Positions 50,914 through 61,203 of a stretch of DNA of 64,000 nucleotides are shown piece by piece. Source of the stretch: Elusimicrobiota bacterium (GTDB lineage Bacteria > Elusimicrobiota > UBA8919); assembly GCA_041658185.1 (NCBI GenBank), contig JBBAAR010000008.1, forward strand, positions 3,723 to 67,722. The letters run 5' to 3'. Under the pieces are notes generated by a model. It was not told where the DNA came from. It did no database searches and was given only the letters and a program-made list of their open reading frames with translations. How positions within the stretch are numbered: position 1 is the stretch's first letter; each line of letters begins with the position of its first letter. The position numbers and the translations under genes were made by a program.

Positions 50914-52293
50914 GTGAAAATAAATTCTGATGATACGATTGTCGCCATATCCACACTTTCTGGTTTTGCCGGCATAGGGATTGTCCGTCTCAGCGGTCCC
51001 GCGGCATTAAGCATCGCTTCCAAAATCTTCCATCCGAAAACGAAAAAAAAAATTTCAGAACTTTCCGCCAACACTGTCCATCTCGGGAAAATAAGTGACG
51101 GTAAAAAATTTGTTGATGAAGTGCTTTTGACGGTTATGAAAGCTCCGAAATCATATACCCGCGAGGATATAACAGAAATTTCCTGCCACGGTGGCCCCGT
51201 CCCGCTAAAAAAAACTCTTGAATTGTGCGTCAAATACGGTGCGCGTCTTGCCGACCCCGGCGAATTTACAAAGCGCGCTTATCTCAACGGGCGGATAGAT
51301 TTATCTCAGGCCGAGGCGGTCTGCGATATTATAAAGGCAAAAACGGAAGCAGCTCTCTCCTGTGCGGTTAGTCAATTGAGCGGGGTTTTATCGGAAGAAA
51401 TAAACAGGCAAAAAAGCGAACTTGTGGACATATTGGCTACAATAGAAGCGGCGATTGACTATTCGGAAGACGAGATACCGGTTATAGACGGTGAAGAAGT
51501 TCTCGGAAAGGTTGAAAAGGTAGGAACTGCGTTGGAGAAAATCCTTCTGACATTTCAGACCGGCAAAATTTACAGAGACGGAGTAAGAACCGCTATTATA
51601 GGCAAGCCGAATGTCGGAAAATCGTCGCTTTTGAATGTTTTAGTCGGGCAAAATAGAGCGATTGTAACGGAAATTCCAGGCACGACAAGGGACATCATAG
51701 AGGAGACGATTGACATTTCAGGTATTCCTTTGATTTTGACGGACACCGCCGGCATAAGAAAACACAGCAAAGATATAGTTGAAAAAATAGGAATTGAGAG
51801 GGCGCAGGAGACACTGCAAACTGCCGATTTGGTCCTGTTCGTATTGGACTCATCTTCAGAATTAAGTCATGAAGATTTTCACATTGCCGAACTGCTTGTT
51901 TCAAAAAAAGTTATTCTGGTTTTGAATAAATCCGATAAGCCCTCTAAAATCGGCAATGTTTCTGAGTTGGAAATTCCTGCTCCGGTTGTTACAATATCCG
52001 CTTCAAAAAATGAGGGTTTAGAAGAACTGAAAAAGATTATTTATAATTTGTTTATAACAAGCGATATAAACACCAGCGATTTTTTACTTACAAACACAAG
52101 GCATAAGATATTAGTTGAGAATGCTTTGAACTCGCTTGAAAAAGCGGCGTCGTCGGTTAAAGACGGCTTATCGGAAGAGTTCACGGCAACGGATTTGCGG
52201 AGTGCTCTGAATTATTTGGGCGAAATTACGGGCGAGGTTCCGACGGAAGAAATACTTGACAGGATTTTTTCAAATTTCTGCGTCGGAAAATAG
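50914..52293 (+). CDS. mnmE: tRNA modification GTPase MnmE (TrmE)
   Basis: G1 'GKPNVGKSS', G3 'DTAG', G4 'NKSD', C-terminal 'CVGK'. 459 aa. Confidence 0.95.
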   Translation: MKINSDDTIVAISTLSGFAGIGIVRLSGPAALSIASKIFHPKTKKKISELSANTVHLGKISDGKKFVDEVLLTVMKAPKSYTREDITEISCHGGPVPLKKTLELCVKYGARLADPGEFTKRAYLNGRIDLSQAEAVCDIIKAKTEAALSCAVSQLSGVLSEEINRQKSELVDILATIEAAIDYSEDEIPVIDGEEVLGKVEKVGTALEKILLTFQTGKIYRDGVRTAIIGKPNVGKSSLLNVLVGQNRAIVTEIPGTTRDIIEETIDISGIPLILTDTAGIRKHSKDIVEKIGIERAQETLQTADLVLFVLDSSSELSHEDFHIAELLVSKKVILVLNKSDKPSKIGNVSELEIPAPVVTISASKNEGLEELKKIIYNLFITSDINTSDFLLTNTRHKILVENALNSLEKAASSVKDGLSEEFTATDLRSALNYLGEITGEVPTEEILDRIFSNFCVGK

Positions 52294-52392
52294 TTGCTTG
52301 AATTTGCTTTTTTTATCGTCTGAAAAATGAAACATTTGTTATAGTTTTCCGTTGGCAAATTTTTTTCAGATTTTAATTAAGAGGAGAGAAAA

Positions 52393-52752
52393 ATGCTCAA
52401 CATTGCGTATCTAATTGTCGGTTTGGCGGCGGGAATTATGGGCGGGCTGTTCGGACTCGGAGGCGGCACAATTTTAATTCCGGCACTTGTTTATTTTTTC
52501 AAAATGACTCAACATCAGGCACAAGGGACATCTCTTGCTGCTATGATTCCGCCGATAGGACTTCTTGCAGCCGTAAAATATTATCAAGCAGGGCATGTAA
52601 ATATAAAAATTGCCGCACTTGTTGCTGTTGGCTTTTTTATCGGCGGATTTTTCGGCGGCGCTCTCGCACAACCGGTCAGCGACCCGGTCCTTAAAAAAAT
52701 CTTCGGTGTTTTTATCGTAATAGTCGGGTTAAATATGTTTTTCGGAAAATAA
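52393..52752 (+). CDS. Short TauE/SafE (TSUP) family membrane protein
   Basis: 119 aa, 4 TM. 'GGLFGLGGGTILIPALV' TSUP motif. Confidence 0.65.
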   Translation: MLNIAYLIVGLAAGIMGGLFGLGGGTILIPALVYFFKMTQHQAQGTSLAAMIPPIGLLAAVKYYQAGHVNIKIAALVAVGFFIGGFFGGALAQPVSDPVLKKIFGVFIVIVGLNMFFGK

Positions 52753-52753
52753 A

Positions 52754-53590
52754 ATGCAAAAAATTTTCAAGGCACGGTTCCTGATTTTACTTTTAACTTT
52801 TTGCTCTTGTTCTTTCCATCGTCCGAAACAAAAAGTTTGCAAAATAATTTATGAACAGGATTTCCCCATATCATTAGAATCTGTCGCAGTTTTTCCGGTT
52901 AGAATAGGATTCCCCACCGCATCTGCAACCGAATTCATCCCGCTTGTCAAATCACCGCTTATTATAGAAAATAAATCAGAGGATTGGCTCGGCCGCCGAG
53001 AGGAAAAAATGATAGTTGACTTTGAGACAGCCGAAAAAATAAGCAATATCACATCCGAGCATTTTTATACCATTTTGATAAAAAAGAAAAAGTATCGCCG
53101 CCTCGTCCATCCTGACACCGTAAGAAATGTAATGCTGAATAAAAAAACCTGGGGTATCGGTAATTTTAAGAGAGTAGATGATTTAAACAATCCCGAAACC
53201 CTTAAAAAATTATATGAAATTTCCGACGAATTAAAAGTTGACAGTTTGCTTATCAGCGTTATAAAAAAATGCGAAACGATTATTATTAATAAAAATGTAA
53301 AATCAACCGGTAGACGGGACTTCGGCGAGTATCAGAAAAGTATGAGTTATTCTTATAAATTTGAACTTGAATCAGGACTTTTCGCCGCCTCCGAGAAAAA
53401 AATCGTTTGGATTGGCGAAAGCAGAGAAACAAAATCAAACCGCACGCCGGAGTTAGAGCAGAATATACTTGTCGCATTCGCCACAAACGGACTTGAAAAA
53501 TTTTTTAGAAAATATCTGACGGAAAAAATTTTAAGGGAGGAACCGGAATATCAATGCGTGTTAAAAATAATAAATACCTTGCCATTTTGA
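52754..53590 (+). CDS. Hypothetical lipoprotein
   Basis: 'LLLTFCSCS' lipobox-like signal. 278 aa. No motif. Confidence 0.45.
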   Translation: MQKIFKARFLILLLTFCSCSFHRPKQKVCKIIYEQDFPISLESVAVFPVRIGFPTASATEFIPLVKSPLIIENKSEDWLGRREEKMIVDFETAEKISNITSEHFYTILIKKKKYRRLVHPDTVRNVMLNKKTWGIGNFKRVDDLNNPETLKKLYEISDELKVDSLLISVIKKCETIIINKNVKSTGRRDFGEYQKSMSYSYKFELESGLFAASEKKIVWIGESRETKSNRTPELEQNILVAFATNGLEKFFRKYLTEKILREEPEYQCVLKIINTLPF

Positions 53591-54249
53591 AATCTGTGTT
53601 AATCTGTGTCAATCTGTGGTTTCATATTTTGACTTTTTGTTTTTTGTTGAGTGATTTTGTATATTCCGAGTCATTATCCGGAAAAATTATTATTGTTGAC
53701 CCGGGGCACGCCGCAAAAAATTTTAACGGAAAAATTGTAAATTACGGATGTAAAAGTGCTTCCGGCGTGAAAGAAACAGATATCGTTGTTGATATTTCCG
53801 AAATTTTAGACGGGATTTTTTTGCAGGAAGGTGCGACGGTATATTTTACCCGTGACAGAAAAAATTACTGGCGGTTAGCAGAAAGTCAGGACGCCGATAA
53901 CCAAGCTCGCGCCGAGTTCGCCAACTCAAAAAATGCCGACCTGTTTTTACGTGTCCATTGCAACTGGTCGCCGAATAAAAAAAAGCGCGGCGTTTCGGTT
54001 CTGTGGTATAAAGACGACTCAAAAAAATTCGCAGAAACGGTGTATGAAGAAATAAAAAAATCCGGAGTTATCGTTGACGGCATTCATAAGCAATACCTTG
54101 TCGGTTTTGAGTTCGCAAAAGTCCCGTCAATTTTAATAGAATACGGCTATCTCTCAAACAAATCAGACGAAAAACTTTTGAAAGATAAAAAATATCTGCA
54201 AAAAGTTTCAGAGACGATTATAAATGGACTAAAAAAGTACTATAAGTGA
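53554..54249 (+). CDS. N-acetylmuramoyl-L-alanine amidase (Amidase_3 family)
   Basis: 'KIIIVDPGHAAKN', '...LFLRVHCN', '...EYGYLSN' Amidase_3 zinc-ligand motifs. Confidence 0.8.
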   Translation: MRVKNNKYLAILKSVLICVNLWFHILTFCFLLSDFVYSESLSGKIIIVDPGHAAKNFNGKIVNYGCKSASGVKETDIVVDISEILDGIFLQEGATVYFTRDRKNYWRLAESQDADNQARAEFANSKNADLFLRVHCNWSPNKKKRGVSVLWYKDDSKKFAETVYEEIKKSGVIVDGIHKQYLVGFEFAKVPSILIEYGYLSNKSDEKLLKDKKYLQKVSETIINGLKKYYK

Positions 54250-54260
54250 GGTAACAATTT

Positions 54261-55298
54261 ATGAAAAAGTTCAGATTAAGTTTTTTAATTGTTTTAAGTA
54301 TTAATGTAATCCAAATTTTAAGATTATTTGCCGACGACACATACGTAGAAATTGCCGGGGGCGCCGCTAAAATTATGGATGAACACAACAGTATATCTAT
54401 GGTTTCAGAATATGTAATAATGGATATTACGAAAAGTGAATATTACACAGTTGATGCGAGTTTTGAATTTTATAATAATGGAGTTGATACTGAAACAGTG
54501 GTTGGTTTTCCACAAGTGGAATGGGTTATGAATAATGATGATTTAAAAGACGAGGAGTTTTCTAATTTTGTGTCATTCAAGACATTTATAAACGAATCCG
54601 AAGCAAAAACTGTAGTAATACCGAATTCTGAAAAAAAGACAGATGTAAAAAAATGGATAATAAAAACAGTAAAATTCCCTTCCCAAAAAGTGACAAAAAC
54701 AAGAGTAATTTATAAAGCACCTTATGGGGATGTTTCAGGTAGAACTATTTTGGCTCTTTATTTGTATGGAACCGGTGGCTCTTGGTATGGTAGTATTGGT
54801 AAAGTAATATTTGATTTAAGGTTTTCAAATGACACATGGATACAAATAGAAAATTCTAATTATTTATATCCCTTTATGTCACTATGGTGGAAAAAACGAT
54901 CAGGACAAGAGATTCCAATGGTTATTTTCAAACGTAGGAAAAATGAAATGATTTGGGAATTAAAAGATATTGAACCCCAACCGAATGATTATTTTAAAAT
55001 TTCCTTAGGAGGACATGGAAGGCATATACCTTGGGGTTACTCATTTGATTGGGATAAAAATAAACTTGATGAACCTTGTCTTGAGTTGCTGTCAATGTGG
55101 CAATTGAAAATTTTCAGGAATGAGTTTTATGCAAGACACGGAAGAATTTTCAAAGATAAAAAATTACAAGAATATTTTGAGTCACAGGATTGGTACAAGC
55201 CAAACCCAAATTTCTCTGAGAAAATGTTAAATAAAACTGAATTAGAAAATATCAAAAAAATCAAAGATTATGAAACAAAAATAGAGAAAGAAAAATAA
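54261..55298 (+). CDS. Secreted YARHG-domain protein
   Basis: Signal peptide. C-terminal 'LKIFRNEFYARHGRIFKDKKLQEYF' is the YARHG motif. Confidence 0.75.
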   Translation: MKKFRLSFLIVLSINVIQILRLFADDTYVEIAGGAAKIMDEHNSISMVSEYVIMDITKSEYYTVDASFEFYNNGVDTETVVGFPQVEWVMNNDDLKDEEFSNFVSFKTFINESEAKTVVIPNSEKKTDVKKWIIKTVKFPSQKVTKTRVIYKAPYGDVSGRTILALYLYGTGGSWYGSIGKVIFDLRFSNDTWIQIENSNYLYPFMSLWWKKRSGQEIPMVIFKRRKNEMIWELKDIEPQPNDYFKISLGGHGRHIPWGYSFDWDKNKLDEPCLELLSMWQLKIFRNEFYARHGRIFKDKKLQEYFESQDWYKPNPNFSEKMLNKTELENIKKIKDYETKIEKEK

Positions 55299-55302
55299 TT
55301 TT

Positions 55303-55336
55303 ATGTTCACATATCCGGAAAAATTTGATGTGATTG
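55303..55336 (+). repeat. Degenerate duplicate of the mnmG 5' end (copy 1; attL-like scar) heading cassette 1
   Basis: ATGTTCACATATCCGGAAAAATTTGATGTGATTG is 32/34 identical to the true mnmG start at 59150. Encodes [11 protein letters not shown] then diverges to a stop. Confidence 0.85.
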
Positions 55337-55438
55337 GAGCAAAACAATTTTTTCCGGATAAAATCACTTGACAAATTAACTATTATTGTATAACATATTA
55401 CTTGTCAGGTAATTTACATTACACAAAGAGTTGAAAAA

Positions 55439-56251
55439 ATGAAAACACTCGGGAAAATCAGCGCCAATCTTATAGCCGAACTTTATGATGAAAACAAGCC
55501 GGTTTTTATGATTGACGATATCGTCCGTATAAATAAAACATCCCGCCCGAATGCGGCGAAGTTGGTTTTTGATTTAATTAAAAGAAAAGTAATCCATCGG
55601 CTTAAAAAGGGCAAGTACATTATTATTCCGCAGGAACTCGGTTCGGCGGATACATTTACCGGTAATTTGTATGTAATGGCAAAGGAAATTGTAAATACAC
55701 AGAATTACTATATTGCTTTTTATAGTGCTATGAAATACTGGGGAATGACGACCCAGCCGGTTATTAAAATGTTTATTGTCACATCAAAAAGACAGTTCCC
55801 GCCGAAAGCAATCGCAGACAAAGTTTCGTTTGTATTTGTGAACAAAAAAAATATATGGGGTATAAAAAGCGAATGGATAACAAAAACGGCGAGAGTGAAT
55901 ATTTCCGATATTGAAAAAACGATAGTTGACGCGCTTTCCCATCCCGAATACTGCGGCGGGATTACGGAGGTCGCCAAGGGTATCTGGTTGGTTAAAGATA
56001 AAATAAATTTTAAACGGCTCGTTAAATATACGACGAAATATAACAAAAAAGTGGTCGCCAAAAGATTGGGTTATATTCTTGAAATACTCGGCATAGATGC
56101 CGGCGATACATTTACAAAACTGAAAACTTATGTTTCAAACAGATATGATTTATTAGATCCGACATCCATAAAAAAAAGTATTGATAAAAATAATTGGCGT
56201 TTGATTGATAATATCGGAAGCAACCAGATATTAAAAATTATATCTGCATAA
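55439..56251 (+). CDS. abiEi: AbiEi-like antitoxin/transcriptional regulator (type IV TA)
   Basis: 270 aa. N-terminal wHTH with 'RLKKGKYIIIP'. 4-nt gap to the AbiEii gene. Confidence 0.65.
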   Translation: MKTLGKISANLIAELYDENKPVFMIDDIVRINKTSRPNAAKLVFDLIKRKVIHRLKKGKYIIIPQELGSADTFTGNLYVMAKEIVNTQNYYIAFYSAMKYWGMTTQPVIKMFIVTSKRQFPPKAIADKVSFVFVNKKNIWGIKSEWITKTARVNISDIEKTIVDALSHPEYCGGITEVAKGIWLVKDKINFKRLVKYTTKYNKKVVAKRLGYILEILGIDAGDTFTKLKTYVSNRYDLLDPTSIKKSIDKNNWRLIDNIGSNQILKIISA

Positions 56252-56255
56252 AATT

Positions 56256-57056
56256 ATGATTGAATACAATTATGTAAGAAAATTGAGTGAAAAAATCGGT
56301 ATTCCGGAAGAAACCATTGAAAAGGACTTTTGTATAGAATTATTGCTCAGCCGATTTTGTAACAGTGCCATCTTGACAAAAAATTTTGTATTTCGCGGAG
56401 GGACAGCATTAAAAAAAATGTATTTTCCGGAGTTCCGTTATTCGGAGGATTTGGATTTTATATTAAAATCCGACGATAATTTAAGTATTTATGAAAAAAT
56501 CATTGAAGATATTTTAAGTGAAGCGGTAAAGCATTTGCCGATAGTTCTTAAGATAAAAAATATTTTTTATTCTCAGCGGGGGCATCTGCAAATATTTATT
56601 CTGTATGATATTATTCCGGAAATTCGTTCCGCTAAAGAACTGAAGATAGACATAATTGAGGACAGTATTGTATTGCCCTCAAAAAATAGAAAAATCAATT
56701 TTTCATTTGAATATTTTAAAAAGTCAAATTGCTTTCTGAATACATATAATTTGGAATCAATAATTGCAGAAAAAATCGGTAGAATTTTGGATGTGGTAGA
56801 TGAGCCGCGTGATTTGTGGGATTTACTGTATCTGCTGAAATCAAAAATAAAAATTAGAGATGCCAAAAAATCATTCAGGAAAAAATACGGGACAGAAATA
56901 AATGCACCAAGTTTGCGTAATGCCGTAAAAAATAAAAATTACAAAAAAATGTGGGATATAAGATTGAAAAACCAACTGCCGAATCTCACCGAGTATGAAA
57001 CAGTTGTGAAAGAACTTGAAATTTTAATAAAATCTTATTTTCAAGCGAGCGAGTGA
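56256..57056 (+). CDS. abiEii: AbiEii/AbiGii-family nucleotidyltransferase toxin (DUF1814)
   Basis: 'FRGGTALKKMYFPEFRYSEDLDF' is the family-defining GGTAL...RYSEDLD motif. Confidence 0.85.
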   Translation: MIEYNYVRKLSEKIGIPEETIEKDFCIELLLSRFCNSAILTKNFVFRGGTALKKMYFPEFRYSEDLDFILKSDDNLSIYEKIIEDILSEAVKHLPIVLKIKNIFYSQRGHLQIFILYDIIPEIRSAKELKIDIIEDSIVLPSKNRKINFSFEYFKKSNCFLNTYNLESIIAEKIGRILDVVDEPRDLWDLLYLLKSKIKIRDAKKSFRKKYGTEINAPSLRNAVKNKNYKKMWDIRLKNQLPNLTEYETVVKELEILIKSYFQASE

Positions 57057-57141
57057 AAAACAAACTTGTTTGTTTTTCCGAGTGAGCGCCGAAAGCAAAG
57101 GGTTTAATACCCGTTATTTCGGCGATGTATAAAAAATAATT

Positions 57142-57169
57142 CCCAATTAGTCCAATTGGACTAATTGGG
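57142..57169. repeat. 28-bp perfect palindrome CCCAATTAGTCCAATTGGACTAATTGGG
   Basis: Exact reverse-complement symmetry. A 24/26-matching relative (CAATTAGACCAATTGGACTAATTGGA) lies at 6505-6530, overlapping the start of the Ni-locus OMP-like gene. Confidence 0.85.
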
Positions 57170-57183
57170 AAAAATAGATTATT

Positions 57184-57223
57184 ATGTTCACATATCCGGA
57201 AAAATTTGATGTGATTGCGGTTG
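57184..57223 (+). repeat. Degenerate duplicate of the mnmG 5' end (copy 2) heading cassette 2
   Basis: 36/40 identical to the mnmG start. Encodes [15 protein letters not shown]... then a stop after 24 codons. Confidence 0.85.
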
Positions 57224-57326
57224 ATGGAAGTTCTTTCAATGATAGACGAAAAACTTGAGCAGAAAAAAAAGCAAAAAAATATTTTAACAAACAAGATTTC
57301 CTAGCCGGGAAAAAGAGGGTAAAAAT

Positions 57327-58430
57327 ATGAGCAAGATAATGAGTGTTGAAGGGTTATACGGTAAGATAAGAGAAATTTTAGAAAGCGCCCGCAGTAATTC
57401 TTATCGTGCGGTAAACTTCGCAATGGTTCTGGCATATTGGAATATAGGAAGGATTATCGTTGAAGAAGAACAAAAAGGTAAAAACAAAGCGGATTATGGC
57501 ACATATCTTATAAAAGAACTTTCAAACAGGTTGCGAAAAGAATATGGCGAAGGGTTTAACGAAACGAATCTGAAATATTTTCGGCAATTTTATGTTGCCT
57601 TCCCAATAAGTCACGCGGTGCGTGACCAATCTCATATTGCTAAAAAAGGTCACGCAGTGGGTGACTTTTTCTCTGTTTTGCTGAATAAGAATCTATCTTC
57701 TAAGTTAACATGGACGCATTATCGGCTATTGCTTAAAGCGGGTAATTCATCAGCGAGAGAGTTTTATATAAACGAATGTATTGAAGGCAACTGGAGCACT
57801 CGTCAACTTGAACGGCAGATAAATTCCTTTTATTACGAACGGCTTTTGGCAAGCAAAAATAAAAAAGCGGTAGTAAAAGAAGCATTAAAAACCGCGGATA
57901 AGTTAAAGACCACTCCGAATGATGTTATCAAAGACCCATATGTTTTGGAATTTCTCGGTCTGAAAGAGAATAAAAAATACCTTGAGTTAAATATAGAAAA
58001 AGCGATTATTGACAAACTTCAGGAGTTTTTGCTTGAACTTGGAAAAGGTTTTTGTTTTGTTGCCCGCCAGCAGCGGATTTCTACAGAAAGCCAGCATTTT
58101 TACATAGACCTTGTGTTTTATAATTACATTCTGAAATGTTTTGTTTTGATTGATTTGAAAGTCGGGAAACTTACTCATCAGGATATAGGGCAGATGGATA
58201 TGTATGTTCGCTTGTATGAAGACAAAATAAAACCGGAAGGACATAATCCAACAATAGGGATAATTCTTTGCGCCGAAAAAGACGAGACGGTAGTCAAATA
58301 TTCCGTATTAAAGGAAAACAAACGATTATTCGCTTCAAAGTATAAATTATATCTTCCCACTGAGGCAGAATTGAAAAAAGAACTTGAAAAAGAAAGGAAT
58401 CTTATTGAAACAGAGCAAAAATTAAAATAG
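57327..58430 (+). CDS. DUF1016/YhcG-like PD-(D/E)xK nuclease-fold protein
   Basis: C-terminal 'IDLVFYNYILKCFVLIDLKVGKL' is a PD-(D/E)xK core. N-terminal YhcG-like domain. 367 aa. Confidence 0.7.
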   Translation: MSKIMSVEGLYGKIREILESARSNSYRAVNFAMVLAYWNIGRIIVEEEQKGKNKADYGTYLIKELSNRLRKEYGEGFNETNLKYFRQFYVAFPISHAVRDQSHIAKKGHAVGDFFSVLLNKNLSSKLTWTHYRLLLKAGNSSAREFYINECIEGNWSTRQLERQINSFYYERLLASKNKKAVVKEALKTADKLKTTPNDVIKDPYVLEFLGLKENKKYLELNIEKAIIDKLQEFLLELGKGFCFVARQQRISTESQHFYIDLVFYNYILKCFVLIDLKVGKLTHQDIGQMDMYVRLYEDKIKPEGHNPTIGIILCAEKDETVVKYSVLKENKRLFASKYKLYLPTEAELKKELEKERNLIETEQKLK

Positions 58431-58433
58431 GAT

Positions 58434-58472
58434 TCGTTCGGCACTTATCCGGAAAAATTTGATGTGATTGCG
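58434..58472 (+). repeat. Degenerate duplicate of the mnmG 5' end (copy 3, lacks ATG) heading cassette 3
   Basis: GTTCGGCACTTATCCGGAAAAATTTGATGTGATTGCGG matches the mnmG start with a 3-nt insertion and 2 mismatches. Confidence 0.8.
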
Positions 58473-58509
58473 GCAGAGAAGTGCACTGCCGTGGACTAAG
58501 GATATTTTT

Positions 58510-59142
58510 ATGAAAATAGAATACGTATCGTTTAAAAATCGGGCTGCCCGTTCCGGGTACATCCGCGACAGGTTTTCACACTTGTTAGCCGGAAAAATAC
58601 TTGATGTCGGGTGCGATATGGCGGTTTTAAAAAAATTATTGCCGGATGCCGAATACACCGGCGTAGACATTGCGGGCGCTCCCGATATTAAATTGGATTT
58701 GGAAAGCATTGACAAACTTCCATTTAACGACGGAACTTTTGATTGCGTGATTTGCTCAGACGTATTGGAACACCTTGATAATTTACATCATATTTTTGAT
58801 GAATTGGTCCGGGTTGCAAAAAATCATATTATTATTTCGCTGCCGAATAACTGGGTCAATGCAAGATTGCCGATAAGCAGGGGAAAAGGTTCGTTCGGGC
58901 ACTATGGGTTGCCTGCCGTTCCACCGCCCGACCGCCACAAATGGTTTTTCGGACTTTCCGAGGCGATAAATTTTATAAAGAAAAAATCTGAAACGTCGGC
59001 GGTTACCGTTGCTGAAATGTATATAAACGAAAAACCGAGACCGGTACTCTTGAGGTCTGCGCTGAAATTGATGAATGCTTCACGGGAACGTTATCTGAAC
59101 CGCTATGCGCATACCGTGTGGTTCGTCCTCAAAAAGAAATAG
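58510..59142 (+). CDS. Class I SAM-dependent methyltransferase (substrate unknown)
   Basis: '[11 protein letters not shown]' (motif I), '[12 protein letters not shown]' (post-I/II). ~210 aa. Confidence 0.7.
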   Translation: MKIEYVSFKNRAARSGYIRDRFSHLLAGKILDVGCDMAVLKKLLPDAEYTGVDIAGAPDIKLDLESIDKLPFNDGTFDCVICSDVLEHLDNLHHIFDELVRVAKNHIIISLPNNWVNARLPISRGKGSFGHYGLPAVPPPDRHKWFFGLSEAINFIKKKSETSAVTVAEMYINEKPRPVLLRSALKLMNASRERYLNRYAHTVWFVLKKK

Positions 59143-59149
59143 GAAAATT

Positions 59150-60907
59150 ATGTTCACATATCCTGAAAAATTTGACGTGATTGTGGTAGGGGCGGGGCAT
59201 GCGGGTTGCGAGGCAGCTTTGAGTTCAGCGAGAATGGGGTTGAAAACTCTGCTTCTTACCATAAATGCGGATACCGTTGCCCAGATGTCCTGCAATACTG
59301 CAATCGGCGGCGTCGCGAAGGGACAAATCGTCAGAGAAATAGATGCCCTCGGCGGTGAAATGGCAAAAATCGCTGATAAAACCGGTTTGCAGTTCCGTAT
59401 ACTCAACAAATCAAAAGGACCAGCGGTGCAGTCACCGAGAGCACAATGCGACAAAAAACTTTATCAGTTCACAATGAAGCATACGATTGAAAAGCAAAAA
59501 AACCTGCGGTTCATTCAGGCGGAAGCGACAGAAATTTTAACCGACGGGAAAAAAGCAATCGGTATTATCACAAAACCGTCAATAAAATTTTTAGGCAGAA
59601 CCGTAATTATAACAACCGGCACATTTTTGAAAGGGCTTATCCATATCGGCGAGACAACTTTTCACTCCGGAAGAAGCGGCGAATTTGCGGCTATGCATCT
59701 TTCGGATTCACTGAAAAAACTCGGGTTTGAAATCGCACGTCTTAAAACCGGGACTCCGCCGAGAATTAACGGAAAAACGGTTGATTATTCAAAATGTATT
59801 GCACAACCCGGCGATGAACCTGCTATACCATTTTCATATTTTACAGAAAAAATAACGCAGAAACAACTTCCCTGCTGGCTCACTTATACGAATGAAAAAA
59901 CCCACAAAATTATATCGGCAAATTTTCACCGCGCGCCGCTTTTTTCAGGACAGATTAAAGGTATCGGGCCCAGATATTGTCCGTCCATTGAGGATAAAGT
60001 AAAAAAATTTCCCGAAAAGAACCGCCACCAGATTTTTCTTGAGCCGGAGGGATATGATACGGAAGAGGTCTATTGCAACGGAATTGCGACCTCGCTTCCA
60101 TATGATGTCCAATATGAAATGTTGAAAACTATAGACGGGCTGGAAAATTGTGAGATGATAAGACCCGGCTATGCGATTGAATATGATTTTTGCCAGCCGA
60201 CACAACTGAAGCCGACTCTTGAAACGAAAAATATTGAAGGTTTATTTTTTGCGGGACAGATTAACGGAACTTCCGGTTATGAGGAAGCGGCAGGTCAGGG
60301 AATAATTGCCGGAATAAATGCAGTTGCAAAAATAAAAGGTATTGAGCCGCTGATTCTTCGTCGGGATGAAGCGTACATCGGAGTTTTAATAGACGATTTG
60401 GTGACGAAAGGCGTCCTTGACCCTTACAGAATGTTCACTTCCCGTGCCGAGTATCGTCTTATTCTACGCGCCGACAATTCTGATTTGCGTTTGATGGATT
60501 ACGGTTATAAATACGGTTTGATTGACGGCGAAATTTACAAAAAGTTTCAGAAGTACAGGGAACTTGTTAAAGAAAATAATTTTGAGTTTGACGCAGATAT
60601 TTTACCGTGGACAAAAGAGAAGATTGAATATGAAATTGAAATTGAAAAAAAATATGCCGGCTACATAAAAAGACAGATTGCGGATGTTGAAAAATTCAAA
60701 AAAATTGAAAATAAAAAAATTCCGGAAAAAATTAACTATGACAAAATTCCGGGCTTATTGACGGAAAGCAGGCACAAGTTGAATCAGGTGCGTCCGGTTT
60801 CCGTCGGTCAGGCATCAAGAATTTCAGGGGTTACTCAAGCCGATTTAAGCATAATTATGATATGGCTGGAAAAGAAAAAGCGCATAAAGAGGGCAAATTA
60901 TGGATAA
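59150..60907 (+). CDS. mnmG: tRNA uridine 5-carboxymethylaminomethyl modification enzyme MnmG (GidA)
   Basis: '[24 protein letters not shown]' FAD-binding start. 'TGTPPRI'. C-terminal helical domain. Start taken at the internal Met; the ORF track starts 15 codons earlier. Confidence 0.95.
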   Translation: MFTYPEKFDVIVVGAGHAGCEAALSSARMGLKTLLLTINADTVAQMSCNTAIGGVAKGQIVREIDALGGEMAKIADKTGLQFRILNKSKGPAVQSPRAQCDKKLYQFTMKHTIEKQKNLRFIQAEATEILTDGKKAIGIITKPSIKFLGRTVIITTGTFLKGLIHIGETTFHSGRSGEFAAMHLSDSLKKLGFEIARLKTGTPPRINGKTVDYSKCIAQPGDEPAIPFSYFTEKITQKQLPCWLTYTNEKTHKIISANFHRAPLFSGQIKGIGPRYCPSIEDKVKKFPEKNRHQIFLEPEGYDTEEVYCNGIATSLPYDVQYEMLKTIDGLENCEMIRPGYAIEYDFCQPTQLKPTLETKNIEGLFFAGQINGTSGYEEAAGQGIIAGINAVAKIKGIEPLILRRDEAYIGVLIDDLVTKGVLDPYRMFTSRAEYRLILRADNSDLRLMDYGYKYGLIDGEIYKKFQKYRELVKENNFEFDADILPWTKEKIEYEIEIEKKYAGYIKRQIADVEKFKKIENKKIPEKINYDKIPGLLTESRHKLNQVRPVSVGQASRISGVTQADLSIIMIWLEKKKRIKRANYG

Positions 60908-61202
60908 TTTCATTAGTAATGATGTCCCGTTGGATGTCCTTGACACCGAACTCGTTTTGGAGGTCGCTTCAAAAAATATTTTAGGATTTGAAAAACGGTT
61001 TAAGTTTTTTAATACCCATTTTGAGTATAAGAATTTTTTCGGAAGAAAAAGAAAGGTATATTACAGTTTGTTAGAAAAAATTTATTATGCTAAAAACAAA
61101 ATAAAAATAAAACTTTACGGTAAAATGTTCGCCATATCGTTGTGCGGTGTAGAAAATTCCGTAGAAAACTACGACAAATTGAAAAAATTAACCGGATTTT
61201 GA
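60900..61202 (+). CDS. Hypothetical small protein
   Basis: 100 aa ORF overlapping the mnmG stop by 8 nt. No motif. Confidence 0.35.
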   Translation: MDNFISNDVPLDVLDTELVLEVASKNILGFEKRFKFFNTHFEYKNFFGRKRKVYYSLLEKIYYAKNKIKIKLYGKMFAISLCGVENSVENYDKLKKLTGF

Positions 61203-61203
61203 T

